Positions 38,746-52,276 of a stretch of 64,000 bases of DNA are shown here, one piece after another (position 1 is the first letter of the stretch; each line of letters begins with the position of its first letter). This stretch comes from the human T2T-CHM13v2.0 reference genome, Homo sapiens: the NCBI RefSeq assembly GCF_009914755.1, contig NC_060947.1. One strand, 5' to 3'. A program made the translations under genes and the position numbers. The notes beneath the pieces are model-generated. The model was given only the letters and a program-made list of their open reading frames with translations. It had not been told where the DNA came from and made no database searches.

Positions 38746-41249
38746 GGCCTTTGCCTTTCTTCACTCCACAGGACACCATTGGCACTGCATTCCCTGTTGA
38801 ATGACGCCCCCTGGAACACAGCTTTATAGACTTCAATGTGAATAGTGCCCCCTAGAATTGTTCAAGTTGGCAGTACAGAGCCTAATATTTGTTGAAAAGA
38901 GGCCACAGGCGATCTACTCTCTCTGCTCATCTTCCTGATCCAGTGGCCTCTGAAATCCTTCTGGCGGCTTCTAATTGTAAACCTTCTCATACTTGAAACC
39001 TTCCCTGTGTCAGGATGAGGAAGCTCGTATGAAGAGTGGGCTGATTCCATTTGTTTGCAGTTTATGATCAAATTTGGACATCTTATTTCGAAGCGATATA
39101 AGAAAGGCACTTGATAAGCTGTCTGCAGCAGTTTCTCCTAAGGGGTCTGCCAAAAACGGTGTGGGATTTCAGGGTCTGGTTTTCTTTGCCTTCTCCAGGT
39201 AAGCTTGTTTATAAAGAGGAAACATTTGTGCCGCTCAGCAGATTTGAGAGACCCGGTGGGAATTGCTGTTTATTTGTCTTTTGATCACAAAGCCTGGGGT
39301 TTGGCTCCAAGGCTGAAGGTCTCGAGGCCTCTTTATCTCCTCCCCTTGAGACTTTAATCTCTCCTCTGACATTCCTTTGGCCCGTGAGGTGGCTGGGGAG
39401 TTGAAGGAGGGGGAGTACTGCAGGTGGACAAAGATTCCCTGGCCTCATCAGAGTATCTGTCCTTAGTCTGACCTCCCACCAGGGACTGTGGTTCTTTCTG
39501 AGATCGGCTCCGGAGCCTAACCTCCCCCTCCCCTTTGTCCTACAAACAACCAAAAGGAAGAAACAACAAAGCCACCCACCCTCCCCCAAACCCCAGGCAA
39601 CATTTATTTTGGGGAGCGAATCTTTTGTATTTGAAGCCACATCTTATCACTTGCCTTTTATGGAATCCAAGAGGCGAAGTGAGGTGAAGGGTCGTGGCAT
39701 TCAATTCGCTCATTTTATAGATGATGATACAGCAGTCCTCAGGGCTTCTGGGGCCTGCCCAAATGGAGAGGGGCAGCCTCTCCATAAAGGTGGCTGGGCC
39801 AGTCCCCTGGTTGTGTGCCCCCCCCAGGTGGTTTTCAGGGCGCCCCACAGCCCTATGCAATGTGAGCTGCCCATGACTGGCCTTAAACCCCTGTGAGCAG
39901 AGACAATTTTCTTTGAATCAGCATGCACACCACACAGCGTTCCCCATGGGGGACATATTGAGAAAATGAAATTCAAATCACCCCTCTGGTATGGTTTTCA
40001 CTCCCTTTCCTGATAACACACAGAGAGAAGCCAATTTTGTGGGTGAGCAGGTGGGTTTTTATAGGGCCAGGCAGTAAAACCTATGAAGGCCACCCAGGTC
40101 CTTCTCCTGTCCCTAGGTGCTTCTGACAGGAGCCACAGAGAGCAGCCTAGGGCTGGGGACACAGATGAGCCTCCAGCCAGGACTTTGCTCCCTGACTCGG
40201 GGCTCACTTCCTCAAGTAGCTGAACATTTTAGGGTATATGGCTACACCCATGTCCCACTCTCTTACTTGGCACTAGGCTGAATGAACACCTGGTATTCAG
40301 TGACCTCGAGACACTGTGAACCCACTTCGAACTTACTTCCTCAAGTCATTCAGCTACACAGTAGATTGCATGCAGTCTGTCTTTAAAAAATAAATAAAAA
40401 GTCCTTAGTTTGGTGAAGTCATTTTACTCGCGCAGAAAAAAATGTAAAGGTAACCATGAAATTACAAGAACAAACCTTTGTGCTCCCTGGGGCTCTTGGA
40501 AAAAGAGGGCAGGCAGGGCTTGTGTGCACAAGGCAGGAGCTGTTTGTGCAGAAATGGAAATGCTCCCCCATCTTTCCTTCCACGCTAAGTCGCTTCATTA
40601 TATTTTCAGGCGAGCAAGTCATGGGTTCCTGGTGCGCGGTGCTGTCTTTTTCAATTAATGCTTTTCACAGAAGTTCAGGTTTTAAACATCTCCCCCTCTC
40701 TTCCCAGGTCTGTTACATTTCCCAGAATGGTTCCCAGTGCTGGAGATAATTCCTTTTCGGAGAACCTACATTTCTCACCTGCTGATTGCAATTAGCCACT
40801 ACCAGCTGGGGCCTGGTGTGCAGCTGAAAAGCTAACAAGAAGTGGAGACCACGCGGAACTCAGACAGGGCATAGGATGTGCATAAATAAGCAACGGTGCC
40901 TGTGTTTATGAGATGCTCCTGTGAATTCGAGGCTTCCCCACCCTCTGCATAACTCTCCCTCTTCTGGCTTTGTGCTGCACACCCCTCCCCTAACTATATT
41001 TTTTGTCTCTGGTTTTGTAGCCTACGTTTAACATCACAGTCACGAATTTACCACTAAGTACATTTTGTTAGGCAATAAACAGCCTTGGAAGAAAAATGAA
41101 ATCCGACTAGGACTTCTGTTCTAATAATGTCTGTGAGCTGTGGTGGATTCAGGCAGGCCCCACATGCAGGTCTTAGAGCTAACCTTGACCATGAGGGCTA
41201 GTGGGGCTGGGAGAGGGCTCAGGGACCCCAATTCAACTCCCTTATTTTA

Positions 41250-42190
41250 TGGGGGAGGATACTGAATCCCAGAACGGGAGCATGGCCTGTCCAAAGTCTT
41301 AAAGGAAGTCACAGGACTGGATGAAGCCCATGTCTCCCAAACCCCAGCTTAGGTCTTTAAACACTGAACTGCTTTGCTTTCAAACATCATGGGCAGCAGA
41401 TTGATAGTTTGTGAGGAAAGCACCAAGGAGACTTCTGAGTGCTGGAAGGCAGTTTCTGTTGGACAATGTGGTCTCCAACCCAAGGCAATCTTTCTTTCCT
41501 TCCTCATGGGCCAGGCATGCCCCCTGTGCCAACGTTGTAACCTTTTCATTCAGAGTTGATACCCATGTTTCCGTAGCTCACAGCTGCTGAACCCAAATCC
41601 CTACTTGCCCCCTAAGGTGAGTGCTCTCGACCTTTAGAGTTGTCTTGGGTTTTTGCTGCAGGGAACAGCAGAGAACAGACACACAAACAGGGGGAAGTTA
41701 GCAGCTGTCCCTGCCTGGTAGCTCTGTGGTGTAAACGGAGGGAGGCCAGCCTCATGAGGTCTGTGGCTTCTGGTGCAATCATATTTGCTGGCTGGGGATG
41801 AGCTGGATTTTTTCTAGCCCTCTCCACTCAGAGGGTCAGCCATTCCATACCCAACTCAACTTCCATCAGGAGAGGCCATCTTGTAGGATTTAGGGTCAGG
41901 GAGTTAGACTGGCTTCCAGGTAGCAAGCAATAAAGTGTACCGGGACTTTGGACTCCAGTTCTGGCTTTGTTCTGCGGTAAGCATGCCTCTCAGCCTCTGT
42001 TTCCTTGTATGTAACATGGAGACTCCAAATGCATAGTTCAATGGGCTTTTCTGAGAGGGTAAGGGAAGGAGTCAAAAACAGGTTTGCTGTAAGTGTTCAC
42101 TTTACTTCCCTCTAGTACTAATTTCTGTTTTACTGATAAGGAAAACTGAGGCCAATGGAAGTAGAAATACTCTCCCAAGGCCACAGCCTC
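41250..42190. mobile_element. MIR fragments (about 41250-41345 minus, 41925-42090 plus, 42125-42190 minus)
   Basis: ctcagcctctgtttccttgtatgtaacatgg; aggaaaactgaggcc...cccaaggccacagc. Confidence 0.6.
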
Positions 42191-42296
42191 TTCTATTGCC
42201 TCCAGCCACCTGTTTTTATCCGTCAGGCACTCGGGGGAAAAAAAAACTGCAATGAGCTTCACTAACACAAAATCCTTTCTCCAAAAATAAGTGGTT

Positions 42297-42382
42297 CTAC
42301 ATGCTGGTAAATATTTAACAATTAGCTGGGGGGTTGGAGGAGGAAAGGTGGGAGAAAGCTCTGCTTTGTAGGCTTGTTGATT
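42297..42382. mobile_element. MER63 fragment abutting the L1MC 3' end
   Basis: tgctggtaaatatttaacaa...aagctctgctttgtag...ttgattt. Confidence 0.5.
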
Positions 42383-45300
42383 TTTATTTTAAGAGAACTG
42401 TAGATTCACATGCTGTTGTACGAACTGTTATAGAGAGATCGCCTGTACCCTTCATGCAGTTACCTCCAATGGTAACGTCTTCAAAACTATAATACAATGT
42501 CACAACCAGAATATTGGCATGATATAATCCACGAATCTTTATATTTTCCCAATTTTACTTGTACTCATTTGTGTGTATATGTGTGTGTATTTAGTTCTAT
42601 ACAGTTTTATCACATGTGTAGGTTCCTATGACCACTACCTGTATTCACAGTCAAGATACAAAATAATTCCATCACCACAAGAACCTCTCTGTTATAATCT
42701 CTACCTCGCCGCTGCTCTAACTCACCTTGTCAATGACCCCTGACAACCTCTAACCTGTCCTCCATTTATTTAAAAGATTTCCTCAATTCAAAATGTTATA
42801 TAAATGGAGTCACACATATGGAATCTTTGGCAGTTGTTTTTTCACTCAGCATAATTCTGTCAAATTTCATTCAATGTGTTGTGTGTATCAATAGTTAATT
42901 CCCTTTTATTGTTAAGTAATATTCTATGATATGAATGTGCCACAGGTTGTCTAACCATTCACCTGTTGAAGGATACCAAGGTTGTTTACAGATTTTGGCT
43001 CTTGTGTATAAAGATACTATGAATATTCATGTATAGGTTTTTATGTGCACAAAAGTTTCCATTTATTTAGAAACTTGGCATTCTATCCAATAAGTGATTG
43101 CTGGATCTCAGGGTAGTTACATATTTAGTTTTATCTTTAAAATGCTAAATTGTTTTCCAGAGTGACTGTACCATTTTATATTCTCTCCAGTGATGTACAA
43201 ATGATCCAGATTCCCCACATCTTCACCAGCATTTGATGTTGTCAGTATTCTTTATTTTAGCCATTCTGATAGATGTGTAGTGATATCTCATTATGGCTTT
43301 AGTTTGCGTTTCTCTAATAGCTAATGAAACTGAACATCTTTTCACATGCTTGTCGCCTGTTTATCCTCTTTGATGAAATGTCTTTCCTTTTTTTATACTT
43401 TGCAAATTATCTAATTGGACTGTTCATTTTTGACTATTGAGTTCTGAGAGTTCTTTATATATTCTAAATACTAGTCCTTTGTGTGAAATATGTGGTCTGC
43501 AAATATTTCCTTTCACTCTGTAGCTTGTCTTTTCATCCTCTTATGGCGTACTTCACAGAGCAAAAGTTGCTCATATTGATGAGGTCCAATTTACTAATTT
43601 TTAAAATTTTATTGAGTGTGCTTTTTCTGTTATTTTTAAGAATTCATTGCCTCTCTCTAGTTCTCGGAGATTTTTCTCTTTTCTTTTTCTAAATGTTTCA
43701 TAGTTTTTTGTTTCACATTTAACTCCATGATTCATTTTGAGTTAATTTTTCCGTAAGCTGTGAGGTTTAGGTCAAGGTTATTATTTTTTTTTGTGGTTGT
43801 TACTCATGTGTGTCCAATTGCTCTGGCATTATTCATTGAAAGGCTGATATTTCTCCATTGGATTACTTTTACATCTTAGTAAAAATTTAGTTGGGCATAT
43901 TCATGTGGGGCTATTTCTGGGTTCTCTATTCTGTTCCATTAATTTATATGTCTATTTTTCCACCAAGTCCACACTCCTGATTATTGTGGCCAAATAATAA
44001 GCTTTAATATAATTGCTTTTCATTTCTCACCATAGAAAATATAACAAAACAATTCTCATAAGGGAGGCAATTAAAGAGAAAGCAATTAAAAACTGTAGGG
44101 AGAATGTATTATAGAAGTGTGTCAGGAAGTTAATTAATATAAATATTGGATTTAAAAAAATTTTGTGATGATTATGGTATTTTCAACCTTTTAAAATTTA
44201 TTATTTATTGCAATTCCTTCTCGTGCTAAATAAATTTTCATTTTCATACTTAAAAATAATAATAAGCCTTAACACTGCAGAGAGTGATTCCTTATACTTT
44301 ATTCTTTCACTTCAAAATTGTCTTACCTATTTTAGGGCTTGTGACTTACCATATAAATTTTAGAATAAGTTTGTCTATCTCTACAGAAAATCTTGATGGG
44401 ATGTTGATTGGAATTGCATTAAACCTATTTACCAATTTGGGGAGAATTGATATCTTTACTATGTTGAGTCTTCTAATCCACTTACTGGAATGTCTCTCCA
44501 TTTATTAGATCTTCTTTGATTTTTTTATCAGCATTTTGTAATTTTCAGTGTACAGATCCTATAAGTGTTTTAAGTGTATATCTAAGTACTTCTTACACTG
44601 TACAGCTCTTGTAAATGTTTTGTTAAGAGCATACCTAAGGTTATAAGTATTTGCAATCACATTGGAGTTATTGTAAATGGTATTGTGTTTTAAATTTGTT
44701 TCCACAGCTCATTATCGGTATATAAAATATGTTGATCTTACATCCTGCAACCTTGCTGAACTTACTTCTTAGTTCCAGGAATGTGTTTTTTTGTTTGTTT
44801 TTAGACTCCTTGAAATTTTCCACATAGACAAACATCTTATCTGCAAATGGAGACAATTTCATTTCCTCCTAATTTTTGTGATTTTTATTTCTATTTCTTG
44901 ACTATTGCACTAGCTAGAACTTCATGTACTCTGGTGAATAGGAGTGGTGAGAGTGAACATCTTTACTTTGTTCCCGATCTTAAGGGGAGAGCAAACAGTT
45001 TTCACCAGTGAGTATGATGTTAGCTGTGGGTTTTTTGTAGAAGTTCTTTATCAATGTAGTTCCCTTCTATTTGTAAGTTACTGAGAGTTTTTAACATGAA
45101 GAGTTCTGGATTTTCAAATGTTTTTTTCTATTTCTATTGATATGATTTTTCTCTTTTGCCTTGTTGATACGATGGATAACCAGCCTTGCATACTTAGAAT
45201 AAATCCCGCTTGATCATGACATGTAATTATTTGTACACATCATTAAATTGGATTTGGTAATATTTTGTTGAAATTTTTTGTTTCAAAGTTTATGAATTTA

Positions 45301-48300
45301 TATTGGTATGTAGTTTGCTGTTTTGTGCAGTCTTTTTCTGCTTTTGGTATCAGTGTAATACTGGCCTCATGAAATGAGTTCTAAAATGTTCTCTGCACTT
45401 TTATTTTCTGGAAGAAATTGGGTAAAATTGATGTTAATTCTTTAAATGTTTGGGAAAAAAATCCCTGTGAATTCATCTTTCCTTTCCCATGCCGAGCCTC
45501 TGCTAACTACTATTCTACTCTCTATTGCTATGAGATACACTTTTTAGATTCCACATATGAGTGAAATCATGCAGCATTTGTCTCTCTGTGCCTGGCTTAT
45601 TTCACTTAACAGTATGTTCTCCAGGTTCATCCATACTGCTACAAATAACAGGATTTCATTATTTTTTACAGTTGAATTGTATCTCATTGTGTATATATAT
45701 ATATAACATTTTCTTTATTCATTCACTTCTTGGACACTTAGATTGATTCCATCTCTTGGCTATTGTGAATGGTGTTGTAATGAACATGATTGCAAATATC
45801 TCTTTGATAAACTGATTTATTTTCCTATGGATAAATACCCGGTAGGATTCCTCAATCAAGTGATAATTCTAGTTTTAGTTTTTTCAGGAATCTCCATATT
45901 GTTTTCCATAATGGCTATACTAATTTACATTCCCACCAACAGTGTATACGAGTTTCCCTTTCTCCACATTCTTGACAGAATTTATTTTTTGCCTTCTTAA
46001 TAATGGCCATTCTAATTGAAGTGAGGTGATATCTCATCGTGGTTTTGATTTGCCTTTCCCTGATGATTAGTGATGCTAAGCATTTTGTCATATACCTGCT
46101 GGCCATTTGTGTGTCTTTTTTTGAGAAATGTCTATTCAGATCTTTTGCCCATTTTTAAATCAGATTATTTGTTTTGTTTCCTATGGCATTGAGTTTCTTG
46201 TATATTCTGGTTATTAACCACTTGTCAAATGCATAGTATGTAAATATTTTCTCCCATTCTGTAGGTTGTCCCTTCACTTATTATTTCCTTTGTTGTTCAG
46301 AAGCCTTTTAGTTTGATGTAACGCCATTTGTCTATTTCTGCTTTTGTTGCCTGTGCTTTTGAGCTTCTATCCAAAAGCCCTTGCCCAAGCCAATGTCAGA
46401 AAGCATTTTCCGTATGTTTTCTTGTAGTAATTTTAAGTTTTCAGTATTAAATTTAAGTTTTTAATTCATTTTGGTTTGTTTTTTTGTATAAAGTCAAAGA
46501 TAAAGATCTAGTTTTATTCTTCTGCATATGGATATCCAGTTTTCCCAGCAGCATTTATTGAAGATACTTTTTCCCCCAAAATGTGCATTCTTGGCACTTT
46601 TTTGTTAAAAATCAGTTGACTGTAAATGCGTGCATTTATTTCTGGGCTCTCTATTCTGTTCCATTGGTCTATGTGTCTGTTTTTATGCCAATAACAATGC
46701 TAGGTTACTACAGCTTTGTAGTATATTTTAAAGTCAAATATTGTGATGCCTTCAGCTTTGTCCCATTTTCTCAAAATTGCTTTGGCTGTATGGGGTCTTT
46801 TGTAGTTCCATGCAAAATTTAGGATCGTTTTTTCTATTTATGTAAAGAATATTATTGTTTCTTTTTTACGAAGATTGCATTGAATCAATAGATCTCTTTG
46901 GGCAGTGTGGACATTTTAATGATATTAATTCTTTTAATTCATGAGCATATTTCTATTTGTGTCCTCTTAACTTTCTTTCATCACTGTTTTATAATTTTTA
47001 GTGTAGAGATCTTTCATCTTCTTGGTTAAGTTTATTTGTAGGTATCTTTTTTGTAGCTATCGTAAATGGAATTGCTTTCTTTGTTTCTTTTTCAGATGGT
47101 TTGCTACTTGCATATACAAATGCTACTGGTTTTTGTGTGTTGATATTGTGTCCTACAACTTTATTGAATTCATTTATTAGCTCTAATAGTGTTTTTGTGA
47201 CGTCTTTGGGATTTTCTGTATATATAATTATGTCATCTGCAAACAGGAACAATTTGACTTCCTCCTTTCCAATTTTGATGCCCTTTATTTCTTTCTATTG
47301 CTCAATTGTTCTGTCTAGGACATCCAGCACTATGTTAAATAAAAGTGGTGAAAGTGGACATTCTTGTCTTATTCCAGGTCTTAAAGGAACAATTTTGAAC
47401 TTTTCCCCATTCATTATATTAGTTGTGAGTTTGTCATATATGGCCTTTATTGTATTGAGGTATGCTCCTTCTACAACTAATTTGTTGAGTGTTTTTATCA
47501 TAATGAAATGTTGAATTTTATTGAACACTTTTTTGCATCTATGAAAATGATCATATAGTTTTCATTCTTGATTCTATTAATGTAACGTATTATGTTTATT
47601 GATTTGTGTATGCTGAACCATCCTTGCATCCCTGGGATAAATCACACTTGATCATGGTAAATGATATTTTTGGTGTGTTGTTGAATTTGGTTTGCTAGTA
47701 TTTTGTTGAGGACTTTTGCATCTATGTTCATTAGGGATATTGGCCTGTAGTTTTATTGTTGTTGCTGTTGTGTCCTTGTCTGGTTTTGATACCAGGGTAA
47801 TGCTGGCTTTGTAAAATTAGTTTGGAAGTATGCCCTCCTCTTCCTTTTCTGATAAGAGTTTGAGAAGAATTGGTATTTGTTCTTCTTAAAATGTTTGGTA
47901 GAAATCAGCAGGGAAGCCATCAGGTCCTGGGTTTTTCTTTGATGTGAGAGCCTTCATTATTGCTTCACTCCCGTTACTCATTATTGGTCTGTTCAGGTTT
48001 TCTACTTCATAATGATTCAGTTTTGGTAGTTTGTATGTGTCCAGGAATTCATTTCTTTTAGATTTTTTAATTTGTTGATGTATAGTTGTTCATAATAGTC
48101 TCTTAAGATCCTTTGTGTTTCTGTGGTATTAGCTATAATATCTCCTTTTTTGTCTCTTATTTTATTTGTTTGAGTCTTCTTAGTCTAGATAAAAGTTTGT
48201 TAATTTTGTTAATCTTTTCAAAAAGCCCAACTTTTTGTTTCCTTGATCTTTTGTATTGTTGTTTTAATCTATTTCATTTATTTCTGCTTTGATCTTTGTA

Positions 48301-49248
48301 ATTTTTTTAATTCTACTAATTCTGAGTTTAGTTTGTTCTTGTTTTACTGGTTCCTTGATATGTCACGTTGGGTTGTTTATTTGTAATCTTTCTACTTTTT
48401 TGATGTAGGCATTTATTACTATAAAATTCTTTCTTAGCACTGCTTTTGCTGTATCCCACAGGTTTTGGTATGTTGTGTTTCCATTTTCATTTGTCTCAAG
48501 GAATTTTTAAATGTCCTTTTTAATTTCTTCATTGACTCATTCATTATTCAGGAGCATGTTGTTTAACTTTCATGAATTCATACAGTTTCCAGTATTCCTT
48601 TTGTTATTGATTTCTAGTTTTATTCCATCGTGGTCATAGAAAATACTTGATTTAATTTTGATTTTTAAAAATTTGTTAAGACTTCTTTTGTTACGTAACA
48701 TATGGTCTATCTTGAAGAATGTTCCATGCACTGTTAAGAAGAATGTATATTCTGCAGCTGTTAGATGGGATGTTCTGTAAATATCTGTTAGGTCCATTTG
48801 GTCTAGAGTGCAGTTTAACTTTGATTTTTCTTTGTTGATTTTCCTTTCTGGGTGATCTGTCTATTGCTGAAAGTGGGATATTGAAGTCCCCTACTATTAT
48901 TTTATTGCAGTCAATCTCTCTTTTCAAGTCTATTAATACTTTCTTTATATATTCAGGTGATCCAGTGTTAGGTGCATATATATTTACATTTGTTGTATCC
49001 TCTGCTGTATGGACCCCTTTATCATTACATAATGGTCTTCTTTGTCTTTTTTTGTTTTTAAATCATTCTTGATTTAAAGTCTATTTGATCTAAGTATAGC
49101 CACTTCTGCCGTTTTTTGGTTTACATTTTCGTGGACTATCTTTTTACATTCTTTCACTTTCACCCAATGCATGTTTATAGATGAAGTGAGGTTCTTATAG
49201 ACAGCATATAGCATATAATTGGATTTTGTTTTTTTTTAATCCAGCTGG

Positions 49249-49250
<2 letters not shown>

Positions 49251-49318
<68 letters not shown>

Positions 49319-49422
49319 TATTAGATATACATTATATATATTATATGTATGTATATATATACACACACATATATTATATATATAATATATATATTATATG
49401 TATGTGAGTGAGTATATATATA
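49251..49422. repeat. (CT)n(AT)n(AC)n compound microsatellite at the Alu tail
   Basis: Directly visible. Confidence 0.95.
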
Positions 49423-49705
<283 letters not shown>

Positions 49706-51721
49706 TATGAGTTTTAATTGGATAATGTAATCAAGTTACATTCATAATTATTATTGATAGGTAAGGATTTACTACAGTCATTTTATTACTTGTTTTCTGA
49801 TTGTTTTGTAGATCTCTTATTCCTGTTTTCTTCTCATTGTATTCCTTTGTGGTTGAGTAATTTTTTCCATAGTATTATATTTTGTTTCCATGTTATTTAT
49901 GGTGAGTGTATCTATTACAGGTTTTTGCTTTGTGGTTACCTTGAGGCTTACAAAAAACATCTAACAGTTATAACAGGTTATTTTAATTTGATAGCAACTT
50001 AACTTTGATTGCAAAGAAAAGTAACAAAAACATACTTTGCACTTTAACATCATTCCTCCTTCCACATTTTGACTTCTTGATATTTCAATTTACATCCTTT
50101 TGTGTTGCCTATCTCTTGACCAATTGTTATTATTATCTCTTATACTTTTGTCTTTTAGTCTTAATATTTAAGATATATGCAGTTTATATACCATAATTAC
50201 AGTTTTAGAATATTCTGAATTTGTCTGTATTCTGACTTTTACCAGTGAGTTGTATATCTTCAGATGTTTTCTTGCTACACATTAGCATATTTCTTTCAGA
50301 TCGAAGAACTCCCATTAGCATTTCCTGTAAGACAAGTCTGGTGTTGATGAATTCCCTAAGTTTTTGTTTGTCTGGAAAAGTGCAACTCTCCTTTGTGTTT
50401 AAAGGATAGCTTTGCTCGTTAGTTTTCTTATTTTCTTTCCCCCTTTGGGATTTTTAATGGATCATCCCACTCTCATTTGGCCTATGAGGTATCTGTTGGG
50501 AAATTTGCTGAAAGCCATGTTGGGGCTTCATTGAATGTGATGTGTTTTATTTCTCTTCTGCTTTCAGTATTCTTTCTTTGTCTTTGACTTTTGATAAATT
50601 GATTATTATGTGCCTTGAGGAATTTCTTTCTGGATTGAATTTGATTGGTGACCTCTGAACTTGTACCTGAATGCTGTCATCTTTTTCCAAATTTAGGAAT
50701 TTTTCAGCCATTATTTCATTACAAATGCTTCTTAGGCCTTTCTCTCTTGTTTCATCTGGGAATTTCTGTTATGTAGAGGGTAGTTTGCTCGATAGTGTCT
50801 CATAATTCTCTTAGGCCTTCCTCACTGTTTTTAATTTTTTTTTCTTTTTGCTCCTCTGATTGAGTAATTTCATGTGTTCTGTCTTAAAACTCACTGACTC
50901 TTCTCTGATCAAGTCTGCTGCTGAAGCTTTCTAATGAGTTTTTCAGTTCAGTTACTGTATTCTTTATTTCTAGTATATCTAAATCATTTTTAAAAATGAT
51001 TTCTATATTTTGTCAAATTTCTTATTTTATTCCTGAATTGTTTTCCGAACTCATTTCAGCCCTGTCAGTTTTTGCTTTATGCATCTTAAAACTCTGCTGT
51101 TTGGTGCATGTACATTTAGATTCACTATGTCTTCTTATGGGATTGATCCTCTTGTAATTATATGATGCTACTCTTTTTCCCTAGTATCATTCCTTGCTCT
51201 GAAGTCTACATTCTCTAATATTAATATAGCTAGTTCCATTTTTAAAAAAGTTCATATAAGCATGACATACCTTTTTCATTTATTTACTTTTGACATACCT
51301 ATATCATTGTGTTTGAAGTGAGTTAATTTTAGTAAACACATATTGAGTCATGACATTTTATCCACTGTGATAATCTTTTAATTGGTATATTTACACCATT
51401 TACATTTAAAGTAACTATTAATCCATTAGCCTTAAGTCTGCCCTTTTATTATGTGTTTCTTTTGGTTTCTTGTTTCTTTTTTCTGTTTTCTTGCCTTCCT
51501 GTGGGTTACTTGAACTTTTAAAAAAATTCCATCTTATTTCATTTATACTAATTTTTAGTATAGCACTTGTATAATTCTCTTAGTGGTTGCTCTGGGTGCT
51601 ACAATATACATACGTAACTTATTACAGCCTACTGATATCAGTGTTTGATTGCTTTTAGTGAAAAATTGAAGTCTTCTATTTAGGTCCCTTTACCATCCTT
51701 ACTTGGAAAATATAATCATTT

Positions 51722-52200
51722 TGTGTCTGGAATTGGTGGGTTCTCGGTCTCACTGACTTCAAGAATGAAGCCACGGACACTCGTGGTGAGTGTTACAGTT
51801 CCTAAAGATGGTGTGTCCGGAGTTTGTTCCTTCAGATGTTCAGATGTGTCCGGAGTTTCTTCCTTCTGGTGGGTTCATGGTCTCGCTGACTTCAGGAGTG
51901 AAGCTGCAGACCTTCGTGGTGAGTGTTGCAGCTCTTAAAGGTGGTGCGTCTGGAGTTGTTCATTCCTTCCGGTGGGTTTGTGTTCTCAATGGCCTCAGGA
52001 GTGAAGCTGCAGACCTTCGCGGTGAGTGTTACAGTTCATAAAAGTGGCATGTCCAGAGTTGTTTGTTCCTCCTGTCCAGAGTTGTTCACCCTCCTGGTGG
52101 GTTTGTGGTCTCGCTGGCTTCAGGAGTGAAGCTGCAGACCTCTGCGGTGAGTGTTACAGCTCATAAAGGTGGTGCGGACCCAAAGAGTGAGCAGCAGCAA
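51722..52200 (-). mobile_element. LTR12 (ERV9) fragment, 3' (U5-side) part only
   Basis: tgtgtctggaattggtgggttc...gacttcaagaatgaagcc; repeated ggagtgaagctgcagacctt...ggtgagtgttacag units; ends abruptly at gagcagcagcaa. Confidence 0.93.
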
Positions 52201-52245
52201 CTAAAAGATAGTTTCAACAAATACAGAATTCATGGTTGACAGCTG

Positions 52246-52276
<31 letters not shown>

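Noticed and set aside
44668-48927. Reverse transcriptase and endonuclease ORF fragments
   Set aside because: Decayed L1 ORF2 with many stops and frameshifts; not an intact or novel RT system
51734-52200. Regularly repeated units with variable spacers, superficially CRISPR-like
   Set aside because: These are the known tandem repeats of LTR12/ERV9; the context is eukaryotic and there are no cas genes
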